Assembly: GCA_016213785.1 (NCBI GenBank)
Contig: JACQZQ010000002.1
Span: 1-46,942 of the forward strand
Source of the DNA: Acidobacteriota bacterium
GTDB taxonomy: Bacteria; Acidobacteriota; Blastocatellia; Chloracidobacteriales; JADJPF01
Direction: 5' to 3'
DNA length: 46,942 nucleotides
Shown here: positions 8,434 to 18,762 of the stretch, piece after piece
Position numbering within the stretch: the stretch's first letter is position 1
Layout: every line of letters starts with the position of its first letter
The notes under the pieces: model-generated
Databases searched by the model: none
The model's input: the letters and a program-made list of their open reading frames with translations, nothing else
Told to the model about the DNA's origin: nothing
Translations under genes and position numbers: made by a program

Positions 8434-10347
8434 ATGTTAAAAGTGGAAGTGCCAAAAGAAAATTACCATCAAGAGTTAGTTTCTTGCCAAATGGCTTGTC
8501 CAGTTCATACAGATGCTAGAGGTTATGTTAGAGCAATTGCTGAAGGGCGTTTTGAAGAAGCATATTTAATTGCTCGTGGGCCAAATCCTTTTGCTTCAAT
8601 CTGTGGTCGTATTTGTGGCGCTCCTTGTGAAGTAGCTTGTCGTAGAGGAAAAATTCCCCGTCTAGATGATGATGGCAATTTTATTGCTTGGGATAGACCT
8701 ATTTCTATTAGAGCATTAAAACGATTTGCTTGTGAACAATTTGGGCCAGATATACGACCTACTCAAGAAGTTCTAGAAAATATTAAATCTTATATTCCTA
8801 AAATTGCTGGCAACAGTGAAGAAATAGCCGCACTTCTTCAAGCCAGTATCTCTAAAAAATTAATTAAAGCCAGTGGAGAAAAAATAGCAATTATTGGAGC
8901 AGGGCCAGCAGGGCTATCAGCCGCTCATGACCTAGCTTTAATGGGTTTTTCTCCTGTTGTTTTTGAAACTGAACCTGTTGCAGCAGGGATGCTTGCTCTA
9001 GGAGTTCCTGCCTATAGACTTCCTCGTGATTTAATTGTTCGTGAAATTGAAGTAATTAAAGCACTTGGAGTAGAGATTTGTTGTAACACTACTATTGGTA
9101 GAGATATTTCTTTTGCCAAACTTCGCAAGAATTTTGCTGCGGTCTTAATTGCTGTTGGAGCAAAGTCTTCTCGTAGCTTAAACCTTCCTGGTGAACAAGG
9201 CCCAAGAGTTTATGGCGCTGTAGATTTATTAAGGGCTGTTTCCTTAGGCGAGTCTTTAAATATAGGCCAAGATATTGTGGTTATTGGCGGTGGAAATGTT
9301 GCTTATGATGTTGCTAGAACTGTATTAAGACAAATTGCTTATGATGTAGCTCGTACTGCTAAACGCCTTACTTCTATTTCACAGGTTTGGCTAGTTTCTT
9401 TAGAAAGCCTAGAGGAAATGCCTGCCGATACACTAGAAATCCTAGAAGGGGATGAAGAAGGCATTATACGAATGAATGGTTGGGGGCCTTTAGAAATACT
9501 TCGTAGTGAAAACGGTAGTGTAAAGGGGGTAACTTTTAAGCGTTGCCTACAGGTTTATGATGAAAATAAACGCTTTGCCCCTGTTTTTGATGACAATGTT
9601 TGCCAAACTATTTCTTGTGACACAGTTTTACTTGCAGTAGGCCAAAGCCCCAATCTTTCTTTTCTTAAAGATGGAGGAAGCGATATAGAAGAATTTCGCC
9701 CCTCTTGGCCTAAAGTAAACCCTCAAAGTCTTTCTACTACAGCTAAAGGAGTGTTTGTTGCTGGAGATTTAGCTCATGGAACAAGACTTTTAATTGATGC
9801 TGTTGCTTCTGGAAAAAAAGCGGCTCGCTCTATTTATGAGTACCTAACAGGGCGTAGTCTAACCCTAGAATCTACTACTGCTCATATTGTTCAAGATAAT
9901 TATAGGCGTGAAGCTGGTTATGAAAATATTCCTAGAGTAGAAATTCCAGTACTTGAAGCAGAAGAAAGACTTCATCATCCAGATACAGTTGTTGAAAAGG
10001 GTTATAGCTTTGAACAAGCAATTAGAGAAGCCTCACGTTGTTTAGATTGTGGTGTAACACCTGTATTTGATGGAAACCGTTGTGTTTTATGTGGTGGTTG
10101 TGCTGATGTTTGTCCTACTGATTGTCTAAAGCTTGTTTCTTTATCAGAGATAATTCCTACTACAGAGCTAAATACAACAATTAATAATAGTTTAGGCCAA
10201 GATCAAGCCCTAAACCTAGATGAACATTCTGCAATCTTAAAAGATGAGGATAGATGTATTCGCTGTGCTTTATGTGAGATGCGTTGCCCTGTTGATGCAA
10301 TAACTATGGAGAGAGTAACTTTTTCAACTCTTTGGAGGTCACAATGA
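8434..10347 (+). CDS. GltD-like FAD/NAD(P)-binding iron-sulfur oxidoreductase with C-terminal 2x[4Fe-4S] ferredoxin domain; putative NAD(P)-linked subunit of a Rieske/cyt b complex
   Basis: The N-terminus 'CQMACPVHTD...NPFASICGRICGAPCEVACRRG' matches the GltD small-subunit Fe-S region. Two dinucleotide folds are present ('IAIIGAGPAGLSAAHDLA'; 'VVIGGGNVAYDVARTVLRQ'), and the C-terminus carries 'CLDCGV...CVLCGGCADVCP' and 'CIRCALCEMRCP'. The listed start 8428 is GTG; the ATG at 8434 has a GAGGGTG RBS. Confidence 0.85.
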   Translation: MLKVEVPKENYHQELVSCQMACPVHTDARGYVRAIAEGRFEEAYLIARGPNPFASICGRICGAPCEVACRRGKIPRLDDDGNFIAWDRPISIRALKRFACEQFGPDIRPTQEVLENIKSYIPKIAGNSEEIAALLQASISKKLIKASGEKIAIIGAGPAGLSAAHDLALMGFSPVVFETEPVAAGMLALGVPAYRLPRDLIVREIEVIKALGVEICCNTTIGRDISFAKLRKNFAAVLIAVGAKSSRSLNLPGEQGPRVYGAVDLLRAVSLGESLNIGQDIVVIGGGNVAYDVARTVLRQIAYDVARTAKRLTSISQVWLVSLESLEEMPADTLEILEGDEEGIIRMNGWGPLEILRSENGSVKGVTFKRCLQVYDENKRFAPVFDDNVCQTISCDTVLLAVGQSPNLSFLKDGGSDIEEFRPSWPKVNPQSLSTTAKGVFVAGDLAHGTRLLIDAVASGKKAARSIYEYLTGRSLTLESTTAHIVQDNYRREAGYENIPRVEIPVLEAEERLHHPDTVVEKGYSFEQAIREASRCLDCGVTPVFDGNRCVLCGGCADVCPTDCLKLVSLSEIIPTTELNTTINNSLGQDQALNLDEHSAILKDEDRCIRCALCEMRCPVDAITMERVTFSTLWRSQ

Positions 10348-10823
10348 CAGAAGAATCACCAAAAAAATCACGCCTTGATCCAGAACCAATTGCACGTAGA
10401 GATTTCTTAGGTCTATCAGCGCTATTTGCTGCTGCTTCAACTTTGTTTTTTGCTTTATTAGGAATGCTAAAGCTACCTAAAACAGCCGTGCTTTCTTCAC
10501 CATCAAAGAAATTTCCTGTTGTTTTGCCAGATTCTCTAGCTACTGGTGAGGCTTTTATTCCTCAAGGGCGCTCAGTAGCAGTATTTCGTGATGAAAAAGG
10601 AGTTTATGCTATCTCTACTATATGCACTCATTTAGGGTGTGTAGTGAAAAATAATCCAGAAGGTTTTGAATGTCCTTGTCATGGATCAAGATTTTCTGTT
10701 GATGGCACTGTTACTAAGGGGCCAGCACCTCGTCCATTACCTTGGCTAAAAGTAACAAGAAATGGTGATAAATGGCTTGTAGATGAAACTACTATTGTTA
10801 CTCCAGGAACTAAAGCTACATAG
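10344..10823 (+). CDS. Rieske iron-sulfur protein (bc1/b6f type) with Tat signal
   Basis: Twin-arginine motif 'RRDFLGLSALFAAAS', and Rieske boxes 'CTHLGC' and 'CPCHGS'. The ATG at 10344 overlaps the upstream stop as ATGA and is preceded by GGAGG; the listed 10332 is TTG. Confidence 0.9.
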   Translation: MTEESPKKSRLDPEPIARRDFLGLSALFAAASTLFFALLGMLKLPKTAVLSSPSKKFPVVLPDSLATGEAFIPQGRSVAVFRDEKGVYAISTICTHLGCVVKNNPEGFECPCHGSRFSVDGTVTKGPAPRPLPWLKVTRNGDKWLVDETTIVTPGTKAT

Positions 10824-10831
10824 GTGATCTT

Positions 10832-12391
10832 ATGAGTACAAATACAACAAATCAAAACCGCTCAGGATTAGAAAAGTTTTGGGATAACCTTCGCGCTCTT
10901 CCAGAGTACTTTCGCGGTACTGCTTTTAGAACAGGTGTTCCAAATACAGACCGTACTCGCTCTAGTTTTGTATTTGGAAATCTATTTCTACATCTGCACT
11001 CTGTTAGAACTCATTTGTGGAGCTTAAAGTGGTCTACAACTATGGGGCTTGGAATTATAACTACGGCAGCTTTTTTAATTACATTAATAACAGGCGTATT
11101 ACTAATGTTTTATTACAAGCCTTATCCAGATGTAGCTTATCTCTCAATGAAAGATATTCATTTTGTTGTTCCTACAGGCCGTTTTATAAGAAATATTCAT
11201 CGCTGGGCAGCTAATATAATGGTGGTAACAGTAATTCTACATATGGCAAGGGCTTTTTATACTGCTGCCTACCGTAAACCAAGAGAATTTAACTGGTTAA
11301 TGGGAATTGCTCTATTAGCTATTACTCTAGCAATGTCTTTTACTGGCTATTTACTCCCTTGGGATCAGCTAGCTTATTGGGCAATTACTATCGGCGCTAA
11401 TATTGCCCAATCGCCTAGAGAATTAACTGATGCCCTAGGTCTAACTGAATATATTGACCCAGGTGGATTAATTCGGTTATTACTACTTGGCTCTGATAAT
11501 GTTGGGCCAGAGGCTTTAATTAGATTTTATTTACTCCATATTATGATTTTGCCTTTGATACTTGCAATGTTAATGGGGGTACATTTTTGGCGAATCCGTA
11601 AAGATGGAGGACTTGCACGTCCTGTTGATGCTGAAAGTAGGCTTGGAGTCTTACCTACAAATACTTATCCTGTTTTTACCCAAGCTCCAGCAAAAACTTA
11701 TCAGCTTGCAGCAGTTGTAAAGGGTCGAACTCCTTTGGTTGGGCGTGGGCCAGAGTCTACTGTGCCATCAATGCCACATTTATTTTATGCAGAACTAGCA
11801 GTACTAATGTTTACAGTCTTTATCTGTGTAACTCTAGCTCTAATTTCTGATGCTCCGTTAAAAGAATTAGCTAACCCTTCTGTTCCAGAAAACCCAGCAA
11901 AAGCCCCTTGGTACTTTTTAGGTTTACAAGAGCTAGTATCTTTTTCTGCTTTTATGGGAGGAATTGGTATTCCAACTATTGTAATGATTGGGCTTGGGCT
12001 AATTCCTTTTCTAGATCGTGAAGAAAATGGTACAGGTGAATGGTTTGGGGGAACAGGAGGTTTAGATGTAGTTAAAAGAGCTACTTTTATAGGCTTAGCT
12101 GTTCCAATTTTTATTGAAACCATTGCTATTTCTTTTGGCTGGATTAGAGAATGGTTTCCTCAAACTCCTCAAATAATTGTGACTTTTATTAATCCAGCAA
12201 CAATTATCACGCTAGCTTATGCGCTTTACTCTATTTACTTAGTAAGACGTTATAACTCAACCCGAGCAGGTGCATTAGGTTTATTTACCTGCTTTTTATG
12301 TGGGTTTTTAGTTTTAACCATTATTGGGACTTATTTTCGTGGGCCAAATTGGGTGTTTTATTGGTCGCCTTTAGATTGGCCTAAACATTAA
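10832..12391 (+). CDS. cytochrome b (fused cyt b N-terminal plus subunit-IV-like C-terminal region, extra TM helices)
   Basis: Cyt b heme-ligand and Qo-region signatures are present: 'GNLFLHLHSVRTHLW', 'RNIHRWAANIMVVTVILHMARAFY', 'TGYLLPWDQLAYWA'. The 519 aa protein is multi-TM and has an AGGTGAT RBS. Confidence 0.9.
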   Translation: MSTNTTNQNRSGLEKFWDNLRALPEYFRGTAFRTGVPNTDRTRSSFVFGNLFLHLHSVRTHLWSLKWSTTMGLGIITTAAFLITLITGVLLMFYYKPYPDVAYLSMKDIHFVVPTGRFIRNIHRWAANIMVVTVILHMARAFYTAAYRKPREFNWLMGIALLAITLAMSFTGYLLPWDQLAYWAITIGANIAQSPRELTDALGLTEYIDPGGLIRLLLLGSDNVGPEALIRFYLLHIMILPLILAMLMGVHFWRIRKDGGLARPVDAESRLGVLPTNTYPVFTQAPAKTYQLAAVVKGRTPLVGRGPESTVPSMPHLFYAELAVLMFTVFICVTLALISDAPLKELANPSVPENPAKAPWYFLGLQELVSFSAFMGGIGIPTIVMIGLGLIPFLDREENGTGEWFGGTGGLDVVKRATFIGLAVPIFIETIAISFGWIREWFPQTPQIIVTFINPATIITLAYALYSIYLVRRYNSTRAGALGLFTCFLCGFLVLTIIGTYFRGPNWVFYWSPLDWPKH

Positions 12392-12426
12392 AGTAGATAT
12401 AAAACTAAAGATATGAAAGCAAAACT

Positions 12427-14076
12427 ATGGATAAAAACAAATATTTATTACTATGGTCAAGTTTTGCTGCTTTTATAGTGCTAGTAATTGCTGCACTTAG
12501 TGATAACTATTGGAAAGATTGGCAGCAAATTCAAAAAAATGCCCGTGCTGATGGTAAAACAATAGATGTTAAGTTAAGGCAAATTGTAATTCCTGAATTA
12601 AACACAACTGACCGTTGTGTAAGTTGCCATGTCAGTATGGCACCAGGCGAGCAAGCTATGACAGGGCATAATGCTTTGTTAGCCCATAAATCAGTAGTCC
12701 ATGACACTAGTAGCTTTGGTTGCACTATCTGTCACGGTGGTCAAGGGCTAGCAACAGAAAAAGATGATGCTCATGGCAATGTGCATTTTTGGCCTGAGCC
12801 AATGTTGCCTAAAGAGTTTAGCTATGCTGGCTGTGGCACCTGTCATACACCTTTAAGTGTTCCTAACTTAAATACCTTAACTAAAGGGAAAACTTTAATT
12901 GAGCGCTATGATTGTTTAGCCTGTCATCGAATGGATGGTAGAGGCGGTACTATACGCCCTGATGGCGGTGGAATGGAGGGTAATGACCTCTCTTATATTG
13001 GGATTAAAGGTTATGACTTAGCTTGGTATTCAAAGCATATAAATAATCATAATGAAGCTCAAACAGGTACTTGGAGAAACTCTTTTGGGGAAATTTCTGA
13101 GGATGACCAGAAAAATATTGCTAGCTTTCTCTCTACCCGCATTGGTGCGCCTAAGCTAATAGAAGCTAAGGCGCTTTTTAACTCTTTAGGTTGTATGGGT
13201 TGTCATAAAGTAAATGGCGTAGGGGGTGATGCTGGAGCAGACCTTTCTCGAATAGGTTTTAAGGATCCTGGTCAGCTAGATTTTTCTAATGTTACTGCTC
13301 AACATACTTTAGCAAACTGGCTGGCAGAACATTTTCGCTCACCTATTTCTTTAGTTGCAGGCTCTCAAATGCCTGCAATGGGGCTTTCTGAAAAAGAAAT
13401 AGAGCTACTTACAATGTATGTACTTTCTTTGCGGCGTAGGGAACTCCCTAGCAGCTTTTCACCTAAAGACCGTGCAAAGGTAATTCAGTTTAAGGAAAGA
13501 GAATTTGCTACAGATGGCAGAACGCTCTATGGAACATTTTGTGCAAGTTGTCATGGTAGAAATGGAGAAGGTGCACGCTATCCAAATACACAAGCTTTTC
13601 CTGCAATTGCTAGCCCAGATTTTTTAGCTATAGCATCTGATGAGTTTATTTCAAACACTATCCGCAAGGGGCGTGCTGGAAGGCGTATGGCTCCTTGGGA
13701 AAAAGATGGCGGGCTAAAGCCAAATGAAATAGAAGCTATTACTAAACATCTTCGAGAACTGGGTAAAACGTCGTTTACTCCAGAAATAACTCCACCTCGT
13801 TGGGTTAAAGGTGATGCTAATTTAGGTAGTCGTCTTTATAAAGCTAATTGTAGCGGCTGTCATGGCTTAAAAGGCCAAGGTGGAGAAGGGCCAGCACTTA
13901 ATAATAAAGAGTTTCTTGGTAGCGCTACAGATACTTTTCTAGTTCAAACTATTACTAAAGGTCGTCGCAATACCCCAATGGCAGGTTTTGAAAACCCATC
14001 ACCTATACGCCAAGCGCTTTCACAAAAAGAAGTAGAGGCGATTGTTACCCATATTCGCAACTGGAAAGGAGAATAG
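12427..14076 (+). CDS. membrane-anchored heptaheme c-type cytochrome
   Basis: It has an N-terminal TM helix and seven CxxCH motifs (CVSCH, CTICH, CGTCH, CLACH, CMGCH, CASCH, CSGCH). The first four are tightly spaced (NapC/NrfH-like tetraheme style). The last three sit in class-I-like monoheme domains with downstream Met ligands ('MPAMG', 'RRMAPW', 'NTPMAGF'). Confidence 0.9.
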   Translation: MDKNKYLLLWSSFAAFIVLVIAALSDNYWKDWQQIQKNARADGKTIDVKLRQIVIPELNTTDRCVSCHVSMAPGEQAMTGHNALLAHKSVVHDTSSFGCTICHGGQGLATEKDDAHGNVHFWPEPMLPKEFSYAGCGTCHTPLSVPNLNTLTKGKTLIERYDCLACHRMDGRGGTIRPDGGGMEGNDLSYIGIKGYDLAWYSKHINNHNEAQTGTWRNSFGEISEDDQKNIASFLSTRIGAPKLIEAKALFNSLGCMGCHKVNGVGGDAGADLSRIGFKDPGQLDFSNVTAQHTLANWLAEHFRSPISLVAGSQMPAMGLSEKEIELLTMYVLSLRRRELPSSFSPKDRAKVIQFKEREFATDGRTLYGTFCASCHGRNGEGARYPNTQAFPAIASPDFLAIASDEFISNTIRKGRAGRRMAPWEKDGGLKPNEIEAITKHLRELGKTSFTPEITPPRWVKGDANLGSRLYKANCSGCHGLKGQGGEGPALNNKEFLGSATDTFLVQTITKGRRNTPMAGFENPSPIRQALSQKEVEAIVTHIRNWKGE

Positions 14077-14077
14077 T

Positions 14078-17000
14078 ATGGAGAAGTCAATTTCTAGAAG
14101 AGATTTTCTTAAAAGTGTTACTGCTGCCGGGTTTGGTGCTCTAGTTGCTACTAGCGTTGGAGCTTGGGGGCTAGAAAAAATTACTAATCCATTAGCTATT
14201 TATCCAAACCGAGATTGGGAAAAAGTTTACCGTGATTTATGGAAGCACGATTCTAAATTTACTTTTCTTTGTGCGCCTAATGATACACATAACTGTATTC
14301 TTAACGCTTATGTACGGTCTGGTGTGGTAACTCGTATTGGGCCAACAATGCGTTATGGAGAGGCTACAGACTTAGCAGGAAATAGTACTAGCCACCGTTG
14401 GGATCCTAGAATCTGTCAAAAAGGTCTAGCCCTAACACGTAGGTTTTATGGAGACCGTAGAGTTAATGAATGTATGGTGCGAGCAGGGTTTAAGCGTTGG
14501 TATGAAGCTAACTTTCCTCGTGGTCAAGATGGACTACCACCACGTGAATATTTCCAGCGTGCTAGAGATGAATGGGTAAGGATGTCCCACGATGAAGCAG
14601 CAAAAATTGTTGCAGCCGCATTAAAAAACATTGCTGAAACTTATACAGGTGAAAAAGGTAAACAACTTCTTAAAGCTCAACATTATGATGAGGCTACCAT
14701 TGAGGCTACTCAAGGTGTAGGCACTCAAGTTCTAAAATTCCGAGGAGGAATGCCGCTACTTGGTATTACTAGAGTCTTTGGGCTTTATCGAATGGCTAAT
14801 TCTATGGCTCTACTTGATGACCATATTCGTAAAGTTGGCGCAGATAAAGCAGTTGGTGGTAAAGGTTTTGATAACTACTCTTGGCACACAGACTTACCTC
14901 CAGGTCATCCAATGGTAACAGGTCAACAAACTGTAGAGTTTGATCTTTGTGCAGTTGAGCAGGCTAAAACTCTAGTAGTTTGGGGGATGAACTGGATTAC
15001 TACAAAAATGCCTGATTCCCATTGGTTAACCGAAGCACGTATGAAAGGCACTCGTATAGTGGTAATTGCTTGTGAGTATTCTGCTACTGCTACTAAAGGC
15101 GATGATGTTGTAGTTGTTAGACCAGGAACAACTCCTGCACTAGCCTTGGGTTTTGCCCATGTCATTATGAGAGATAAGCTTTATGACCTTGAATATGTAC
15201 GCCAATGGACGGACTTACCCATTCTAGTACGTATGGATAGCTTAAAATATTTACGTACTGAAGAAGTTTTTGGACAAAAGGCAGCAGAACTTACTAATCA
15301 AACCAGAATCTTAAAAGAAGGTGAAAAAGAACCTCCTGCCGCTCAACAAAGCGAGATGCTAATTTCAGAAAAAATGCGTCAGGAATGGGGTGACTACCTT
15401 TGGTGGGATCAAACTTCTAATAGCCCAAAACAACTTACTCGTGACCAAGTAGGTAAACAATCAAAAGTTGGAGAGGCTTTATTAGAAGGCACTGTAGAAG
15501 TAACTTTAGCAGATGGAAAAAAGGTTCGTTGTCGTCCAGTTTTTGATTTAGTAAAAGAATATGCTGCACATTTTGACCCTAAAACTACTGAAGAAATAAC
15601 TTGGGCACCCGCTAAGGCTGTAGAATCTCTTGCACGTCTTTTTGCTAAAGAACCAGGTACAACGCTTTTTGCAATTGGAATGGGGCCAAATCAATTTTTT
15701 AATAATGATAATAAGGATAGAGATATTTTCTTACTCGCAGCACTTACAGGAAATGTAGGAAAAATTGCAGGAAATGTTGGTTCTTATGCAGGTAATTACC
15801 GTGTAGCGCTCTTTAATGGTTCTCCTCAGTATATTAATGAAAACCCATTTGATATTGAACTAGACTCTTCAAAGCTTGCTAGAGTAAAACAATATTGGAG
15901 GGCTGAATCAGCGCATTATTATAACCATGAAGACCATCCATTAAGGGTTGGTAATAAATTACTTACAGGTAAAACTCATATACCTACCCCAACAAAATCA
16001 CTTTGGTTTGCAAATGCTAATTCAATACTTGGTAATGTGAAATGGCATTACAACACAGTAGTTAATGTGTTACCTAGAATTGAAATGATTGCTGTCCAAG
16101 AATGGTGGTGGTCAACTTCTTGTGAATGGGCAGATATAGTTTTTGGGGTAGATTGTTGGGCAGAACTAAAACATCCTGATATGACTGCCTCTGTAACAAA
16201 CCCATTTTTACAAATCTTTCCTCGAACACCTTTACCAAGAGCTTTTAATACTTTAGGGGATATTGAAGTACTTGCACTAGTGTCCTCTAAGTTAGCTGAC
16301 CTAACAAAAGATAATCGTTTTAATGATTATTGGAAATTTGTTAAAGAAGATAAAACTAGTATTTATTTACAAAGGATTTTAGACACTTCAACTAACACTA
16401 AAGGCTATAAGATTGAAGAGCTTGAAGCTAAAGCTAAAGAAGGTATTCCTGCTTTAATGAATAGCCGAACTACACCAAAAGTAGTTGGTTATGAACAAAT
16501 TGAAGATTCCCGCCCTTGGTACACTAAGAGCGGACGGCTAGAGTTTTATCGTGAAGAGGATGAGTTTATTGAAGCAGGAGAAAACTTACCTGTTCATCGT
16601 GAGCCTGTAGACTCAACTTTTTATGAGCCTAATATAATTATTGCTCCAAAACATGAGGCTATTCGTGCTGCTAGCCCAGAAAGTTATGGAGTTAAACGAG
16701 ATGATCTTTCTTGTGAGACTCGTTGTGGGCGTAATGTAGTTTTAAGTTGGGCAGAAGCTAAAAACACTAAACATCCGCTTGCTAAAGATGGATTTAAGTT
16801 TGTTTTTCACACTCCTAAATATAGACATGGTTCACACACTACGCCAATTGATACAGATATGGTGGCGGTACTTTTTGGCCCATTTGGAGACCTTTACCGA
16901 CATGACAAGCGCAAACCTTTTGTTACAGAGGGCTACGTAGATATTAACCCAGAAGATGCTCGTGAAATTGGTGTTGAAGATGGTGATTATGTTTGGCTTG

Positions 17001-17512
17001 ACCCTGATCCAGAAGATCGCCCTTTTCGAGGATGGCAAAAAAACTCTAAAGATTATGCTTTTGCTCGTCTGCTTTGTAGAGCACGTTATTATCCTGGGAC
17101 ACCTAGAGGAGTAACTAGGATGTGGTTCAATATGTATGCCGCTACTCCAGGCTCTATGGAAGGGCAAAAGACCCGCCAAGATGGTTTAGCAAAAAATCCT
17201 CGTACTAATTACCAGGCAATGTTTCGCTCAGGTTCTCATCAATCAGCAACTCGTGGTTGGTTAAAGCCTACCTGGATGACTGACTCTTTAGTTAGAAAAG
17301 GACTTTTTGGACAAGGTATAGGAAAAGGGTTTTTACCTGATGTCCATTGTCCAACAGGTGCCCCTCGTGAAGCAGTAGTTAAAATTACTAAAGCTGAGCC
17401 AGGCGGTATCAATGGACAAAAGCTTTGGCGACCAGCAGCGCTAGGTATTCGCCCACGTTATGAATCCGAAGCAATGAAAAAATATCTAGCAGGGGAATTT
17501 ATTAAAAAATAA
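14078..17512 (+). CDS. Tat-exported molybdopterin (bis-MGD) oxidoreductase alpha subunit, NarG/NxrA-like (type II DMSO-reductase family)
   Basis: The true start is ATG 14078 (AAGGAGAATAGT ATG; the upstream 12 codons of the track ORF lack an RBS). Tat motif '[26 protein letters not shown]'. The 1156 aa length matches periplasmic NxrA/NarG-clade enzymes rather than ~900-980 aa Ser/Ebd/Clr/Pcr alphas. An N-terminal FeS motif 'C-APN-D-THN-C' is present, and NarH-, gamma- and TorD-like genes follow. Confidence 0.85.
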   Translation: MEKSISRRDFLKSVTAAGFGALVATSVGAWGLEKITNPLAIYPNRDWEKVYRDLWKHDSKFTFLCAPNDTHNCILNAYVRSGVVTRIGPTMRYGEATDLAGNSTSHRWDPRICQKGLALTRRFYGDRRVNECMVRAGFKRWYEANFPRGQDGLPPREYFQRARDEWVRMSHDEAAKIVAAALKNIAETYTGEKGKQLLKAQHYDEATIEATQGVGTQVLKFRGGMPLLGITRVFGLYRMANSMALLDDHIRKVGADKAVGGKGFDNYSWHTDLPPGHPMVTGQQTVEFDLCAVEQAKTLVVWGMNWITTKMPDSHWLTEARMKGTRIVVIACEYSATATKGDDVVVVRPGTTPALALGFAHVIMRDKLYDLEYVRQWTDLPILVRMDSLKYLRTEEVFGQKAAELTNQTRILKEGEKEPPAAQQSEMLISEKMRQEWGDYLWWDQTSNSPKQLTRDQVGKQSKVGEALLEGTVEVTLADGKKVRCRPVFDLVKEYAAHFDPKTTEEITWAPAKAVESLARLFAKEPGTTLFAIGMGPNQFFNNDNKDRDIFLLAALTGNVGKIAGNVGSYAGNYRVALFNGSPQYINENPFDIELDSSKLARVKQYWRAESAHYYNHEDHPLRVGNKLLTGKTHIPTPTKSLWFANANSILGNVKWHYNTVVNVLPRIEMIAVQEWWWSTSCEWADIVFGVDCWAELKHPDMTASVTNPFLQIFPRTPLPRAFNTLGDIEVLALVSSKLADLTKDNRFNDYWKFVKEDKTSIYLQRILDTSTNTKGYKIEELEAKAKEGIPALMNSRTTPKVVGYEQIEDSRPWYTKSGRLEFYREEDEFIEAGENLPVHREPVDSTFYEPNIIIAPKHEAIRAASPESYGVKRDDLSCETRCGRNVVLSWAEAKNTKHPLAKDGFKFVFHTPKYRHGSHTTPIDTDMVAVLFGPFGDLYRHDKRKPFVTEGYVDINPEDAREIGVEDGDYVWLDPDPEDRPFRGWQKNSKDYAFARLLCRARYYPGTPRGVTRMWFNMYAATPGSMEGQKTRQDGLAKNPRTNYQAMFRSGSHQSATRGWLKPTWMTDSLVRKGLFGQGIGKGFLPDVHCPTGAPREAVVKITKAEPGGINGQKLWRPAALGIRPRYESEAMKKYLAGEFIKK

Positions 17513-17572
17513 GACTGTTAGGGTAGATCTATAGATTTACCCTTCTTATAAAATCATAAAGGAGCAAAGAAA

Positions 17573-18700
17573 ATGGCACGCGTTTATAATTGGCAAATAG
17601 GTAGAGAGATGTCTTATTGGTATCCAGAAAGCCGACCAGAAAAACAGTTTGCCGCAGTATTTGATGTTAATAAATGTATTGCTTGTCAGACTTGTACTCT
17701 AGCCTGTAAAACTACTTGGACATCTGGACGTGGACAAGAGTATATGCTCTGGAACAATGTAGAGACTAAACCATATGGTTTTTATCCTCTAGCTTGGGAT
17801 CTTAATTTGTTAAATTCCTTACAGGGACAAGAATGGCAGGGTAATGTTTATCAAGGTCAAACCGTTTTTGAAGCAGCACCAGAGGGTGAAAGGGTTTTAG
17901 GTTGGCGACCAGAAGAAGAAGATTACTCTTATCCAAATGTTGGAGAAGATGATTGTGTAGGACAAATTGAAAATGGTGCAAGTCTAGAAGTTCCCCATAT
18001 GATGTGGTTTTATTATCTAGCACGTATTTGTAATCATTGTACCTACCCAGCATGTTTAGCTTCTTGTCCTAGAGGCTCAATTTACAAACGTCCTGAGGAT
18101 GGAATTGTGCTAGTAGATCAAAGCCGTTGCCGAGGTTATCAAGAATGTGTTAAGGGCTGTCCATATAAAAAAGTATTTTTTAACCCAATGACAGGCACAT
18201 CAGAAAAATGTATTGCTTGCTTTCCTAAAATAGAACAAGGTATTCAACCACAATGTTTTGTTAATTGTATAGGCAAAATTCGCCTTGCAGGATGGCTTTC
18301 TAAGCCTGATCAAGCAAACCCAGAAAACCCACTTGATTACTTAGTCCATATTAAGAAAATTGCATTACCACTTTTTCCACAATTTGGGTTAGAGCCTAAT
18401 ATTTACTATATTCCTCCTGTACATGTACCAACACATTTCTTAAAACAAATGTTTGGGCCTGGAGTAGATGAAGCTGTTAAACAATATCGTAATATGGCAC
18501 AGGATTTGGATTTAGCAGGGCTTTTAGCTTTATTTGGCTCAACAGAGTTTATTGTTCCTAGATGGAAACGCCAAGGTGATTTAGTAATAGGGATGAGTGA
18601 AAAAGGTAGCGAACTTATTAAAGTACCACTCCGTGAGCCTGTATATATTCGCTCAGCCTATGATTCTAAATTTTCTATTGCTCGTGTTAATTGTCCATAA
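17573..18700 (+). CDS. NarH/NxrB-like iron-sulfur beta subunit (four Fe-S clusters)
   Basis: '[38 protein letters not shown]' is the hallmark NarH/NxrB N-terminus. Further Cys clusters are '[14 protein letters not shown]', '[12 protein letters not shown]' and '[11 protein letters not shown]...CFVNC'. Confidence 0.9.
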   Translation: MARVYNWQIGREMSYWYPESRPEKQFAAVFDVNKCIACQTCTLACKTTWTSGRGQEYMLWNNVETKPYGFYPLAWDLNLLNSLQGQEWQGNVYQGQTVFEAAPEGERVLGWRPEEEDYSYPNVGEDDCVGQIENGASLEVPHMMWFYYLARICNHCTYPACLASCPRGSIYKRPEDGIVLVDQSRCRGYQECVKGCPYKKVFFNPMTGTSEKCIACFPKIEQGIQPQCFVNCIGKIRLAGWLSKPDQANPENPLDYLVHIKKIALPLFPQFGLEPNIYYIPPVHVPTHFLKQMFGPGVDEAVKQYRNMAQDLDLAGLLALFGSTEFIVPRWKRQGDLVIGMSEKGSELIKVPLREPVYIRSAYDSKFSIARVNCP

Positions 18701-18762
18701 AGCCTTCATATAAAGACATTTACTTGGATTTTAGCAAAAGTAGATAGAGTAGATAGGAGTAG

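Noticed and set aside
11017-12123. 65-aa (+) and 112-aa (-) ORFs inside cytochrome b
   Set aside because: They lie in alternative frames of a strongly supported cyt b gene.
14042-14077. Upstream 12 codons of the alpha-subunit ORF ([12 protein letters not shown])
   Set aside because: No RBS. It overlaps the cyt c gene end, and the ATG at 14078 has an AAGGAG RBS and starts directly at the Tat signal.
14078-17512. Alternative call of the molybdoenzyme as selenate/chlorate/perchlorate/ethylbenzene-type (Ser/Clr/Pcr/Ebd) because selenium genes are nearby
   Set aside because: The alpha subunit is 1156 aa, the NxrA/NarG size class, whereas those alphas are about 900-980 aa. The selD locus is 6 kb away on the opposite strand. 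Substrate remains unproven.
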